From: Phoronis australis
Lineage: Eukaryota; Animalia; Phoronida
Direction of reading: 5' to 3'
Assembly: GCA_002633005.1 (NCBI GenBank)
Contig: NMRA01000089.1
Span: 669,895 to 733,894, forward strand
Length of the DNA stretch: 64,000 nt
This document shows, piece by piece, positions 50,289 to 62,492 of this stretch. The first letter of the stretch is position 1. Each line of letters starts with the position of its first letter. A program made the translations under genes and the position numbers. The notes beneath the pieces are model-generated. The model was given only the letters and a program-made list of their open reading frames with translations. It was not told where the DNA came from and made no database searches.

Positions 50289-50500
50289 CATGGGTGGCGC
50301 AGCACTGAAAAAAGTGGGAGGCTATAGCATGGGCGGCGCAGCACTAAAAAGTGGAGGGGCTAAAGCCCCCAAAGCCCCCTTGTGGTGCATCGCCAATAGA
50401 CAATGTGCAACGGAGCACTGAAAAATGTGGGGGCTATTGTCCCCCCCAGCCCCCTATGGTACGCCGCCCATGTATAGCCCCCCAAAATGCACCGCCCATA
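50289..50500. mobile_element. Nested MITE family B copies
   Basis: Inner element 50328-50472 is flanked by a TATAG duplication inside an outer copy. Confidence 0.7.
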
Positions 50501-50530
50501 GACCATGGGTGCCGGATCATGTTTACTTAC

Positions 50531-51107
50531 CTTCCATTGGCAGGGTATGTCCGTACAGCTTACATTTTTGTGGCACCATATGAGTAGGGCAGCTATGTTA
50601 TGGCACTTGAACTTTCCTCTGGGGCACGTGCAAACAGTCATGTCAATACTTCGATCATCCTTCAGTGTCACCTAAAAGTGATAGGCAATGGTTAAAAACA
50701 CAAAATCGATACCGATAGAGTTCCATTAAAACCTTCTATTTGTCCCTCGACTCGCCTCCCTGAGCCGAGAGAAAGTAGGTCAACTATCACAGCTGGGCCT
50801 AATGCAACGTAACCAGTGCGTTGATTTTGTGCCGCATGGAGTACGTAAGAGGTTAATTTTACAGAATCAGGCTAACTTGAATATAGTAACATTGTATTAG
50901 TTTTATATCATGCGAAGATGGTTTACCTTGACTTCGTATGACTTGTCCTTCATCGAAGCTTGAATACTGCCGAACACGATGCCGGTAGCTGTGTCTGGAG
51001 TCACAGACAAAATGTGACCAGTCGTCACCGCGTTTTCACCTTTCTGAACCAACTTTGGCTCGTCAGAAAAAAAGTCTGACGATCTCAAACAGCTCAATGA
51101 ATACCAT
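50531..51107 (-). pseudogene. Spliced SWIM zinc-finger protein of transposon type (ISL2EU-like accessory ORF), apparent frameshift near the start
   Basis: Exon 51107-50927 (DFFSDEPKLVQKGENAV...QASMKDKSYEVK) spliced to exon 50671-50531 (CTCPRGKFKCHNIAALL...SCTDIPCQWK); GT-AG, phase 0. Confidence 0.7.
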
Positions 51108-53304
51108 TGGCGTCTCACTCAAGCAAACTTTGATAACAACTAAATATAAAACAGCACTATGATTAAAAAATACGAAGCAGTGTGAATAGTAGGTCTGTAC
51201 TGCGTGGTCTCTAAGCAGTTGTTTGAATCCAAGATGGCGGTGCGTGACGTCACACTTTCCGAGTCTATTGGAAGGTAGCGATTTTAACCCACTCGAGTAC
51301 AAAAATTGAAATTTCCTCACAGGAATTTACAAGTTATGGAAATGGCTGTGTAGCGGTGGTGTTATATGCAGCGTTGTGTTTTGTGTGTGGTGGATGACGG
51401 ATTAGATGCTCAGTCGTTCTGAAGTTTGAATATTTGATAAATTAATTTTCATGTATGTGGCGAATCAATAAATTTGCAATGTTTCCACTTGGGACAGTGA
51501 TTTGATTTTTGTTATTGGTACCAGCTTTGCTACTAGTCTTACCTCCAACACGTATGATGCCATTTTCATCAACGTAATGATTTAGTTGACGAATGTTTTC
51601 ACTGTCTGTTTTCAAATTTGTTGTGCAAATTTCAGAATTTCTTGTTCTGCAGATTTCATGTCTGAAAGGGTTAGTTTTGTGAGTTTGCTTTTCATTTTCA
51701 ATGACTTCTTAATTTTGATCAGCTACGTGACTGTCCTTGTCAGTCGGTGCCAGTCTGAGTAATATTCACTCAGTTGCTTAAGAGGATGTTCTCAGACCTA
51801 GTTCTTTTCTCAACATAACATCAACCTGAGATGCCAAAGTCGCAGCTTGTAACTCCAGCCTTGGGATGGTGAGAGATTTGATAGGAGCTACTTGACTTTT
51901 GCTCATGATAAGGGCCTTGGGAATCTGACCTGCCTGGTTGACGCAATGCAGGTATGAACAACAACCACATGCCTTCTCACTAGCATCACTGAAATGGTGC
52001 AATTCTAAAAGAGCATCATTGAACTGAATTGGTTTTATACATGGNNNNNNNNNNNNNNNNNNNNNNNNNNNNNNNNNNNNNNNNNNNNNNNNNNNNNNNN
52101 NNNNNNNNNNNNNNNNNNNNNNNNNNNNNNNNNNNNNNNNNNNNNNNNNNNNNNNNNNNNNNNNNNNNNNNNNNNNNNNNNNNNNNNNNNNNNNNNNNNN
52201 NNNNNNNNNNNNNNNNNNNNNNNNNNNNNNNNNNNNNNNNNNNNNNNNNNNNNNNNNNNNNNNNNNNNNNNNNNNNNNNNGTCGTCACCGCGTTTTCACC
52301 TTTCTGAACCAACTTTGGCTCGTCAGAAAAAAAGTCTGACGATCTCAAACAGCTCAATGAATACCATTGGCGTCTCACTCAAGCAAACTTTGATAACAAC
52401 TAAATATAAAACAGCACTATGATTAAAAAATACGAAGCAGTGTGAATAATAGGTCTGTACAGCGTGGTCCCTAAGCAGTTGTTTGAATCCAAGATGGCGG
52501 TGCGTGACGTCACACTTTCCGAGTCTATTGGAAGGTAGCGATTTTAACCCACTCGAGTACAAAAATTGAAATTTCCTCACAGGAATTTACAAGTTATGGA
52601 AATGGCTGTGTAGCGGTGGTGTTATATGCAGCGTTGTGTTTTGTGTGTGGTGGATGACGGATTAGATGCTCAGTCGTTCTGAAGTTTGAATATTTGATAA
52701 ATTAATTTTCATGTATGTGGCGAATCAATAAATTTGCAATGTTTCCACTTGGGACAGTGATTTGATTTTTGTTATTAGTACCAGCTTTGCTACTAGTCTT
52801 ACCTCCAACACGTATGATGCCATTTTCATCAACGTAATGATTTAGTTGACGAATGTTTTCACTGTCTGTTTTCAAATTTGTTGTGCAAATTTCAGAATTT
52901 CTTGTTCTGCAGATTTCATGTCTGAAAGGGTTAGTTTTGTGAGTTTGCTTTTCATTTTCAATGACTTCTTAATTTTGATCAGCTACGTGACTGTCCTTGT
53001 CAGTCGGTGCCAGTCTGAGTAATATTCACTCAGTTGCTTAAGAGGATGTTCTCAGACCTAGTTCTTTTCTCAACATAACATCAACCTGAGATGCCAAAGT
53101 CGCAGCTTGTAACTCCAGCCTTGGGATGGTGAGAGATTTGATAGGAGCTACTTGACTTTTGCTCATGATAAGGGCCTTGGGAATCTGACCTGCCTGGTTG
53201 ACGCAATGCAGGTATGAACAACAACCACATGCCTTCTCACTAGCATCACTGAAATGGTGCAATTCTAAAAGAGCATCATTGAACTGAATTGGTTTTATAC
53301 ATGG
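51021..53304. other. ~1-kb duplication flanking the N gap 52045-52280 (probable assembly artefact)
   Basis: 51021-52044 is near-identical to 52281-53304. Confidence 0.85.
51229..51255. promoter_or_regulatory. YY1-like and CRE motifs upstream of the SWIM ORF
   Basis: aagatggcgg next to tgacgtca; motif match only. Confidence 0.35.
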
Positions 53305-56190
53305 AGAATCTTCACCTCACAAATATTTGACAAAGAATTCGACCACGAAAACCAATCTTTATAGATGTCAGAGGGAACTGGTTCGTTCCAGGCCAATCCT
53401 CGCCTAGTGACTTCCTGAACCAGCATTTTCCCCTTCAGAATGACTGGTCTGACTAATCCCAGCAGATAGTACATGGACGAAACATAACCTAGCATTTTAC
53501 GCCTCGTCAACTTCGAAGCATCATTCCGAGCTTCAAAATAGAACTTGTCGGATTTAATGTTCCACTTGATACCTAAAGCCTGGCTGCTTTCGCCTTTGTC
53601 AATGGACTTGACTTCCGTAGCGACATCATCAGTGGATAAATTTGACAAGATTCTTTCGTCTTTTGCTGCGAATTTAGTCAAATTGAATCCGCCCCTTTTA
53701 AGAACCTCTTGTTCCTTTCAGAATTGCTATTGCTTGGTCAAGAGAGTCGGTAGACTTCAGACAGTCATCAACATAAAAGGCTGACTGTATGGTATCACTC
53801 ACAGCTGGCAACATCTGTTGGTCTTTTGTGATGCGTCTAAGGGCATATGTTGCTGCGCTAGCACACCAAACGTCACCAAACAGATGTGAGGTCATTCTGA
53901 AGTGTTGCACCTGATTATCTTTGTCATACCAGACGAACCGCAAGGAATCTCTATTGTCCTTTGGTACACGCACCTGATTGTACATGGCTTCTACATCTGC
54001 CATGATCGCATACGGACCCTTGCAAAACCTCAATAGAACATTCATCAGTTTATTATTGAGGTCCGGCCCTTCATATGCTTTGTCGTTTAAAGACTCTCCA
54101 TGAAACTGAGCACTACAATCATACACTACCCTCATTTTACTTGGTTTCTTGTCGCTAAGAACTAGGTGATGGGAAATATACCAAGTTTTATTGCTTGTTT
54201 CAATCTCTTCAAAAGGTATGTACTCAGCATAACCTTTGATGAGTAACTTCTGGTTTTCTTCATCATATTTATTCAGGTGACCTGTCTTCGTCAGATTCCT
54301 TCACAGGCTGTTCAGCTGGGGAAGTGCTACTTTTAGATTATTTGGAAATACTTTTCCTTCTTTCCATGGAAGAGGGAGTTCATAATGACCTTCAATAATT
54401 TTGCCACTCTCGTCTCATGATTTCAAATCCTCATCATTGACAGATGGACCCGTGGCATCCAGAGCATCAGTCCCATAATCCGTCACAAAAAATTTAGACC
54501 ATTCAGAAACAACTTTTGGCTTGACATCAGTAACAAAATGGGAAATCACCTTACTGCTAACAGTGCCATCTTTTGGACCATTAAGGCACCAACCAAACAG
54601 AGTGCGGACTGCGAAGGGCTCATTTTTCCCACCATTTCTGACTTCCAGTGGGACGAGAGTCACACAAGTATCTTGGCCAATTAGGATTTCAACTTCAACT
54701 CTTCCTTGGACAATTGGCAAATCTTTTAGGCGGTTGTATACTACAAAGACAACGTCGTGTCGGTTGGTATCTCTTTTGCCACATAAACATGAGACATTGG
54801 CAAGTTATTTGCGCTGTCTTGGGTTGCGAAACAGAAAGCAGTCTGCATAGAGTTCCGTTCTTGGTCAAGCGCATCAATCGTACTCAATGTATGCATAAGT
54901 TTTGTGGTCCGCAGCTTCAATTTCTCAACCAGACTCCTGGTGCAGAAGCTATCTGAAGAACCGGTGTCTAAAAGGGCGAAGGTAGAGTACGCATCGTTCA
55001 CCCAAACCGGTGCAATTGGCAGATATATGCCATGGTCAGCCACCCGGATTCCATTATTGGTCACAGGGGAGGTGCTATCTTTAGGATCATGAAGTAGATA
55101 TGAATGTTTTTCTACGCAGCCTCGTTTGCAACAAAAAAATGTTTTGTGGCAATCTTCAACTTTATGGCCGTCGAAAAGGCAATTTGACAGTTCAACCTTT
55201 TCAACCACAACTTGCCGTTCTGAAAGCGTTTTATTCTTAAATTGTTCACAGCGCCAGAGTGGATAGGGCTGCAAACATTCAAGACATTTCCTTATCTTTT
55301 GCGTCTGACCCATCTTTACATTAGTGTTGAAATTGACCAACAAACTTCACTAAGTCTGGAAAGGTGGGGTAGTGGTCTTCCTCTCGCTTAAAAACCAAGA
55401 GCCGTTCTTCGCCACTTTTGCTGAATGAAGGGCTGAAGCCTACCCACGATTTCTAAAATACTAGCCTGGGTGTCAATCTCAGGGAGTTTCTCTAACTGTC
55501 TTATCTAAGATCAGATAGGTATTTTCAAGGTCATCAGCAAAATGCTGAAGGTCGGCTGATGACATCTGGCCACCCTTTTTAACGTCAATCATCAATCTCT
55601 ATGCTACTTTATGGTTGTCACCATATCGTGAGTGCAGGATCCCACGGGCCAGTTCGAAATCTTCTTCACCTCCAACCAATGATTTCTGGATGCTTTCTTT
55701 GACCGCTCCGGTTATATATTGGAGGAGTTGTGTCAATGTGGCATCGCCGCCCTTCACGACACTTGCAACGTTTTGATCAAAAATGGCTACGAAAGTGTGA
55801 TACTTGGCCGGATTACCATCAAATTTGTCTAGTGTGACCTTGGGTAAATTTACAAGACCCATTATCTCTTCATTGGTTAAATTCTCATGTTTTTCAATGG
55901 GAGTTTCAGTTACTGAGTTAAACTTATTTAAATACTCATTAACTCTAGTCAAAGTTTCTATGTACTTAGATTCTTCATCCATAAAATATTCTTCACATTC
56001 TTCTAAAAGCTCCTCATTGCTTTCTATAAAAGCCCTATACTTTAAATTACTGACATCAAATTCATGAAACAAAAAAATTAACTTATCTTTGTCTTCATCT
56101 GTGACAGAGTCTTATCTTGCAATTTATTGTTTGATATGTCCACATTGTCTCCTGAGTAGTATCTTGGCATTCGAAGGAGCTTCCATTGTT
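52780..56190 (-). mobile_element. Bel/Pao LTR retrotransposon, degenerate; integrase not seen
   Basis: gag (LPKVTLDKFDGNP), Cys knuckles, protease ALLDTGS, reverse transcriptase (RVVYDCSA, ADVEAMY, FYVDD), RNase H (HHFSDASE...TIPRLELQAA); multiple frameshifts. Confidence 0.92.
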
Positions 56191-56439
56191 ATTTAAGTTC
56201 ACTAAACTCGTATCAAAATACAGTTATATACCGGTAACATAGGAGTTAATGGCTCCAAAATCAAAATAGAATTTCTTGAATCTGCCGGACAACCAATCAT
56301 CAATATTCCTGCTGCATGATCTCATTGTTTTGAATCCCAATTTCGTGTGGACACATGAACATTGTTAAAGTGTTGTCTTCTATGATGTATGTGCAGTATG
56401 CTGTTAGTGCATGGAAAGTTGAATGAGAACCGAATCTAT

Positions 56440-56817
56440 GAACTGCATTGCAGATTGCCATTGCCTTGTCATGCTCTATCCTAGGTTTGTAACTGGAAGT
56501 TGAACCAGTTGGCGACCTGGCAAAAATTCCAGATCACCCACGACTCCCAGAGGTCCCTTTCTCTCTATGCCTATGTTGTGCAGTATGCCGCATGCCACGA
56601 CAATTTTGCATGCTCGGCAAGGGCTTACCCACACACCACTGTGCAGACAAACAAAGCGGCTTTTTAAAATTCCAAAAATCTGTTCTATTGTGACTAGCTC
56701 TACAGAGCGCCCTGTTGACACCTTCCTCTGCATCGTTGACAGGGTTCAGGCACTGTGTCATTAAGAACAGTCTGCACAGGTATCATGAGTCACCTGTCAG
56801 ATAACCTCTATGTTCGC
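56440..56817 (-). pseudogene. PIF/Harbinger (HARBI1-like) transposase C-terminal exon remnant
   Basis: GYLTGDS*Y...LMT...NRA, then IEQIFGILKSRFVCL...IVVACGILHN. Confidence 0.8.
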
Positions 56818-57081
56818 CTGCATTAAACAGAAGTCGGATTAGTTTGACCACATTGTCAGTATCATTAATGCTTTATATCCCAGCATAACACATTCGTGGA
56901 TTGGGCATCCCAAAAATGAGACAATAGCAAACAGACTTCAATAGTTCGATTCGAGGGTGATGTCATAGGTTGACCTAGTTTACCTTCGTCCGCTGTCTTT
57001 TACGGCAAGCGTACGGCAGATTCGTTCGCTGTTCAAGGCAGTTTGCTTGTTATTTCTTTTGATTTGAAAGAATATTTCACA

Positions 57082-57260
57082 ATGATGGGTAATACTTGTT
57101 GCGTTATTGGTTGTCACAACCCTTCTAACAGAGAGAAAAAATTGTTCTTCTCAATTCCTGCTATCATCACAAATGTATACAACGAGGGTGCTTAGTAAAG
57201 AGGGGAGAATGCCCTGAATAAATTGTCCAGGACGTATGGTCACGCGTGTCGGAATAAGTG
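57082..57260 (+). pseudogene. THAP-domain N-terminal remnant
   Basis: MMGNTCCVIGCHNPSNREKKLFFSIPAII, then disrupted. Confidence 0.6.
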
Positions 57261-57559
57261 GCAACAATACTGTCGTCAATCAGCGTAGCAGTCCATCGAT
57301 ACCGTAAGCTATTATATCAAGATTAGACCCCACTATACCGGCCGTCACTTAAAAGTGCGTAGGGGCTACGTTAAGATGTAAATAGATGGTTGGCTGCGCC
57401 CACGCCCCACTATAACGTAACTTACGGTGCGTAAGCACTCTGTTTGAATGCCAAAACGTGGTTGGCTGCGCCTATACGAGCGCCTACACCGGCCCCACTG
57501 CAGCACTGTCGGCGCGACTAGAAGGTGCAGGCAGCACTGTAGTTAATTCTGCTATATTT

Positions 57560-58260
57560 TAAGACTAATTGTCTTTTTTGAAATTATCAAGTTTGACAAT
57601 GTGCAAACTAAAGGACGTAAAACTGGGTTTTTAATATGAATTAAGCCAAACCATGATACCTTGGGCGTGTTGATTTTGCGTGAACTCCAAAAGCCTCAAA
57701 ACTGCACCTATGTTAAATTTTATAGTAAACCAGTCTCTTGGATAAGTTTAAGTCTTATGCAAACCAAAAGACGCAAAACTGCAATTTATCATGATTTAAA
57801 GCAAATTTGTCTTTTTGGAAGTATCAAAGTCTCAGTTTTGACAATGTGAGAAAGACGCAAAACTGCAGTTTTAATATTTAATGAAGGCAAACATGTCTCT
57901 TCAGTTTGGATGTGGTATTCTCAATTGACATCATGTGATCGCAGGGTTAGGGTTATATGTTCGTTGAAGCCGCAAACCTGCAATATTGCCAAAATTTAAG
58001 GCAAATATCTTTCTCTGGATTCCTTTAAGTCTTACTAATAACACCGTGCCAACCAAAAAAGACCCACGACTCAATTTTCCATGATTTACGGCAAATTTCT
58101 CTTTTTAGAAAAATTGCACGCTCAATTTTGCCAATTCAAGAACCTCAATGAAAATGAAGGTTGTAGGTTAATTATGACCGAAGGCAAATGTGTCTCTGTG
58201 GATGAGAGTTTCAATTTTCACATTATGCGAACTCAAAATATTCAAAATTGCATTTTAACC
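57560..58260 (+). repeat. Degenerate ~85-100-bp tandem repeat
   Basis: Recurrent aaagacgcaaaactgca...ggcaaat motifs. Confidence 0.55.
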
Positions 58261-58271
58261 CTAATCGTCGC

Positions 58272-58440
58272 ACCGGCCCTGTGGTAGTTGAGAATGTCCC
58301 CTGCCATAGCTGCATGTATTTGAATGCCAGCATACGGGCACCTACGCAAGATGGGCAATTTCTCAGCCCAGTGGGACAATTGTTCCTTTCACACCGGCTG
58401 CCGTCATCGAAGTCTCAGATTTGACACTTCTGTGCTAACT
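58272..58440 (+). mobile_element. Possible tRNA-derived SINE remnant
   Basis: Weak A-box/B-box-like head (gtggtagttgag...tttgaatgcc). Confidence 0.3.
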
Positions 58441-58609
58441 TGAAACGCCATTAGATGGGTTTGTTCTCCCACCTCGTCTATGTGACTATGTGGCGGCTAT
58501 CTGTGACTTCAATTTAATACTGATAAACTAATCAAGAGGGTTGACTGTGGATAATGTGGGGTCGAAGAGGCGCGAAACTGCCGATGTCATAAAGGTGGTT
58601 TAACAAAAC

Positions 58610-59002
58610 CTGGGCCCGGTCTCCAATCTTTTTACTCGAAATGGAACTCGAAATTAGGTTTGGCATTTTTGGGCGAACTCAAGATAAGTGTCTATTATTC
58701 TATGCTCCAGTACACAATAACTTACGTAGATAATTTATTGCCCTTAGTTCACAGTTTGTAAACCCAATATTAAAGCAATAAGTTAGAGTTTGAACTCGAA
58801 ATTTCGAGTTTTTACTCGAGTTTGTAGCACAAATATAAGAGTCTTCAAGGGCAAACTTGAACTAGAAACTCCTATGCATAAACTATAATGTATTCGAGCA
58901 GTCTGATAACCAATTATCTTAAGTTCGCACAAAAGGAGCAGAGAAATTGCCAAAAATAGTTTCGAGTTCCTTTGGAGTACAAAGATTAGAGACCGGGCCC
59001 TG
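58610..59002 (+). mobile_element. MITE family A, full copy
   Basis: TIR ctgggcccggtctccaatc ... gattagagaccgggccctg; three copies in the window. Confidence 0.8.
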
Positions 59003-60301
59003 GTATTCCTAAACCTGCATTTCACCAACGTCCCTTAAAGGTCTGAAAGCCTATTTTTGTTAGACCAGGGAGCGGGGTTAGTAAAACTAGGTTTAAAGCA
59101 TTCAAGCCACCCAACTGAGTCGATCTGGATTAAGTGCTTCAATGATACCTTGATCATGTGGGTACAAGTGGCACACAGCAGTAGAACCAGTCCAGTAATT
59201 TGCAAAAAAGGTCTAAGCTTTTCTCACAAGGAAAAATGTTCATTGTTCCCAGAACTGCTCAGAGAAAAAGCCATTGTTTATAATCTGGATTACAAGACAA
59301 CTGTAATATCATTGTTTCAGTGCAGGTTTGAATGTTGTCTTAGGCCCCTTGCATGCAAAAATGTAGAAACTGGGAAGAGCAAGGGTTGTTAGCTTTTAGA
59401 GTCGGTATTTACTGCATTGCCTTTAACTCTCTGTGAGAGCACAGGACTAAGTGATTATTGTCAGTAAAAACACTTTCCAATGAGAAAAGAGATACAACTC
59501 CAGAGTACAGCGAGATAATGATGTCAAAAAATAAAAAGGATTTTTAGACCTTTATTTACACATCAAACAACTCTTAACAAAACCGTTTGAAAGTAATATT
59601 CTGTAATTAAGTTGTCAGTCATTATGGAGTTCAACATTGACTAAACAATCTACAAAAGTCATGTATGGGAAATAAACATGGCAAACTAGAAGCAACATGG
59701 TTATTATAGCCAATGAAAAATTAGATCTTAGACACGTGTTATACAACATGAAACTCACAATATTACAATGGAATGACCTCATAGCAATGTCACCACATTT
59801 TTTCAAATCTCCACTGTAACCTCAAGTGGACATGACAATATTCAGCTGCCACCATGCAAAGAACAGACCCAAACTTTAGGATGAAACAGCTGTGCCAAAT
59901 ACTTGACATAACAGTTTCATAATTTAACAATGTTGAAATCAGTATGACATACATAATACATCAATATTTTGATACATCAAGCAAACATAACAAGACTCGG
60001 ACGCAACTGCTTAATAAACTGACCAACAATCTAGCAGTCTATGGGCACAAATACTTAAAAGAACGGCCTACTTTCTGTAAGTAACACAACAATCTTCCAA
60101 TTTAACAGAGCAGTAAATCAGTGTGTCACACTCTAGCTTATATTACTAAAATCTTAATCAACGAGCTTAAAGACTTAAAAACTACTGGGTTTATTCAACA
60201 GACCAGTAGTCCATACATCAACTTTTCCTGCGCATGTGACTAATCTATTTTCAAGCACCAATGCCATTTTCAAATTCTTGCCTGGAAACAAAAATGCTGA
60301 T

Positions 60302-60456
60302 TCATTTGTAAGCCATGTCGGGATAATATTGTTTTATAATGTGAACGAGTTCTTTCACCGGTTCCATCGTTACCTCTCCTGTCTCCCACAAAACCTTCGC
60401 TTTCTTGCTTTTCCCCTTCCCCTGCACCTCCAGCACCTTTTTCACAGACCATAGTT
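60302..60456 (-). CDS. Putative terminal exon encoding a chromodomain-like peptide
   Basis: ttattacag acceptor, LWSVKKVLEVQGKGKSKKAKVLWETGEVTMEPVKELVHII...AYK stop. Confidence 0.5.
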
Positions 60457-61571
60457 CTGTAATAAAATAAATTCAAAACATGTGATGAACAAGTGCAGTC
60501 AAAACCCACTGTGGGTGGAATTTTGTAGAGCCAAAAAACTTTAGTTAGTTGGAACCAGCTGGCCGTTACGCACCCGCGCTGTGGAATGAGTAACCTGGTG
60601 GCCTGTCATGGTTACAGCGGTGTCATTGTCAGTTTGACAGTGGCAAACCAATGTTTACATTGTTTATTGTCTGCTTTCATCTGAAAAGCTCCCCTAATCC
60701 AATAATTATGTTGTAAACAGCACACCCGAGGCTAACCAATATTCAAAAATACTATTTGCAAACGACTTTCAACAAATGTCGTAAGGCAGATGTGTTTTGT
60801 ATGAAATACTTTCACCAAAAAACTTTGAATGGAAAAGGTCAACTTTCAGAAAATTACTCTTAACTTCACCTGTTGATTCCTTTGCGTGACTGTAAGCTCT
60901 GATTAGCTTAACCACAGGATTGTGTAACAACACAAAAGGCGTGCTTGACAAGTTTAATCGAGTGTAACTCCAGATTAGATCATAATGGTGGAAATTCTTG
61001 ATTTTTGTACTCCACGAGAATGGTACGAAATGATTGTGAGTTCGTTCATAAACACTATTCACATATAAATGCAAACAAGCAAGATTGTCTTGTCAGGGTA
61101 TATGTCTACAGTCCGAAGGCTCTATAGTCCAACGTACTGCGCATCCAAAATGTCTGAATGGGGAATTAATAGCAAACATATTATTTAACCAGACTTATAA
61201 AAAACTCAATTGAAAACACATTTAATCGAGCCCTACTCTACCAAAACCGTCTTCAATAGATTTTTTTGAGATTGTGAGTCACAGACAATATTAAAATAGC
61301 TATTGGCTGGGTGATTTTTTGAGGTTGGTGTCAATAACTTGACCAGATATGAAATTTGACACTGACATCAGGCATTTAATCACAAACCACGAAACTAATA
61401 AGAAATGCACAAGTAAGTAGAATAAACATCTTTCAACTAAGACAAATGAAAATGCACATTTTTGCAAGATAAAATTAACCTTTCACTTTTTTGTAAAAAT
61501 TCAAAAAAGAGTAAAAACCCAACCCACGACAAAGTCAGTGACGAACTTTCCCACCTTAACAAACCCTTTAC

Positions 61572-61604
61572 CTGCAAATTTTCTCACCCTCCTTTTCTTT
61601 CCAC
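61572..61604 (-). CDS. Putative 33-nt micro-exon (basic, NLS-like)
   Basis: ttctag acceptor and gtaaag donor; GKKRRVRKFA in phase 1 joins 60456 in frame. Confidence 0.4.
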
Positions 61605-61699
61605 CTAGAAGCAAATAAAGAGAAAATGAAAGCAAATCGAAAGTCGATAACTTTTGGACCTATTTTCAAGAACACGACTTAATACATTCATCTACTTAC

Positions 61700-61885
61700 T
61701 CATCCCCTGAGTGGTGGTAGAGACACAAATATGGCTCCATCAAACATTTCCCTGTTCTTGGCAATCCATGCGCCATGATCCCTTGCCCCGCCGTCGCCAT
61801 CGGTTGGTGTCGTTTTGCCACGTCATTCGTTCCCGCATGAACCACTACCGCGTCATAACTATCCGAGATATCGGTTTCTGCAACA
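61700..61885 (-). CDS. Putative exon with an SGNH-hydrolase block III motif
   Basis: ctctttcag acceptor, gtaagt donor, 186 nt open, YDAVVVHAGTND. Confidence 0.5.
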
Positions 61886-62457
61886 CTGAAAGAGAAATCG
61901 CTTTCTTAAGCAACTCAAACTTCATGTGATTTTTTACTCCAGTAATAATAAAATGTTAATAATGATTACAATAGCAACACTGATTGTTAAAATTGGAATA
62001 ACATTTATAATGTTTATACCAGTGTAACGAACGAAAATAACGCACAAGAATACAAATTTCGCTGGCCAGGTAATTCCAAGCGTGCTTATATAATGAGTTC
62101 AGATCCATGCCTGAACCTTGTTATGGAGACCAACTCCCCATGTGCTACTGAGGTTACTATCTGTGACAAGCCCTCACGAGTCATGGCTCAGGAGAAGCAT
62201 ATGTTCCATCTGCTTCATCCAACAGTACTCATGGTCAGAGTTCCTAGTTCTAAGCGCCATCTTGAGGTTTGGGGACAAATCTGCTGTTTGTGAGTAATCC
62301 CGTAAATTAACGATCCTAATTTCGTGGATATTGCGTTACTCCCTATTTTAATAGTTAGTTCATGGAGAAAATAGTTTATTGTGGTTTTCGTAACTCCCGC
62401 AGTGTTAAAATAGTGGTTGTTTAATTCCAGGAGAAGACTATGCACGACCGGTTAGAC

Positions 62458-62492
62458 CATAGACATCTTAATACTATAGTGTTATGTCTATG
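62458..62492. mobile_element. 35-bp hAT-like micro-element with an 8-bp target site duplication
   Basis: ggttagac|catagacat...atgtctatg|ggttagac. Confidence 0.7.

Noticed and set aside
51778-52580. Second RNase H and second SWIM-start ORFs, or an LTR pair
   Set aside because: The repeat includes coding sequence and flanks an N gap, consistent with a scaffold overlap rather than LTRs
60270-60509. Listed 79-aa Gly/Glu-rich ORF
   Set aside because: It is an alternative frame over the better-supported chromodomain-like exon
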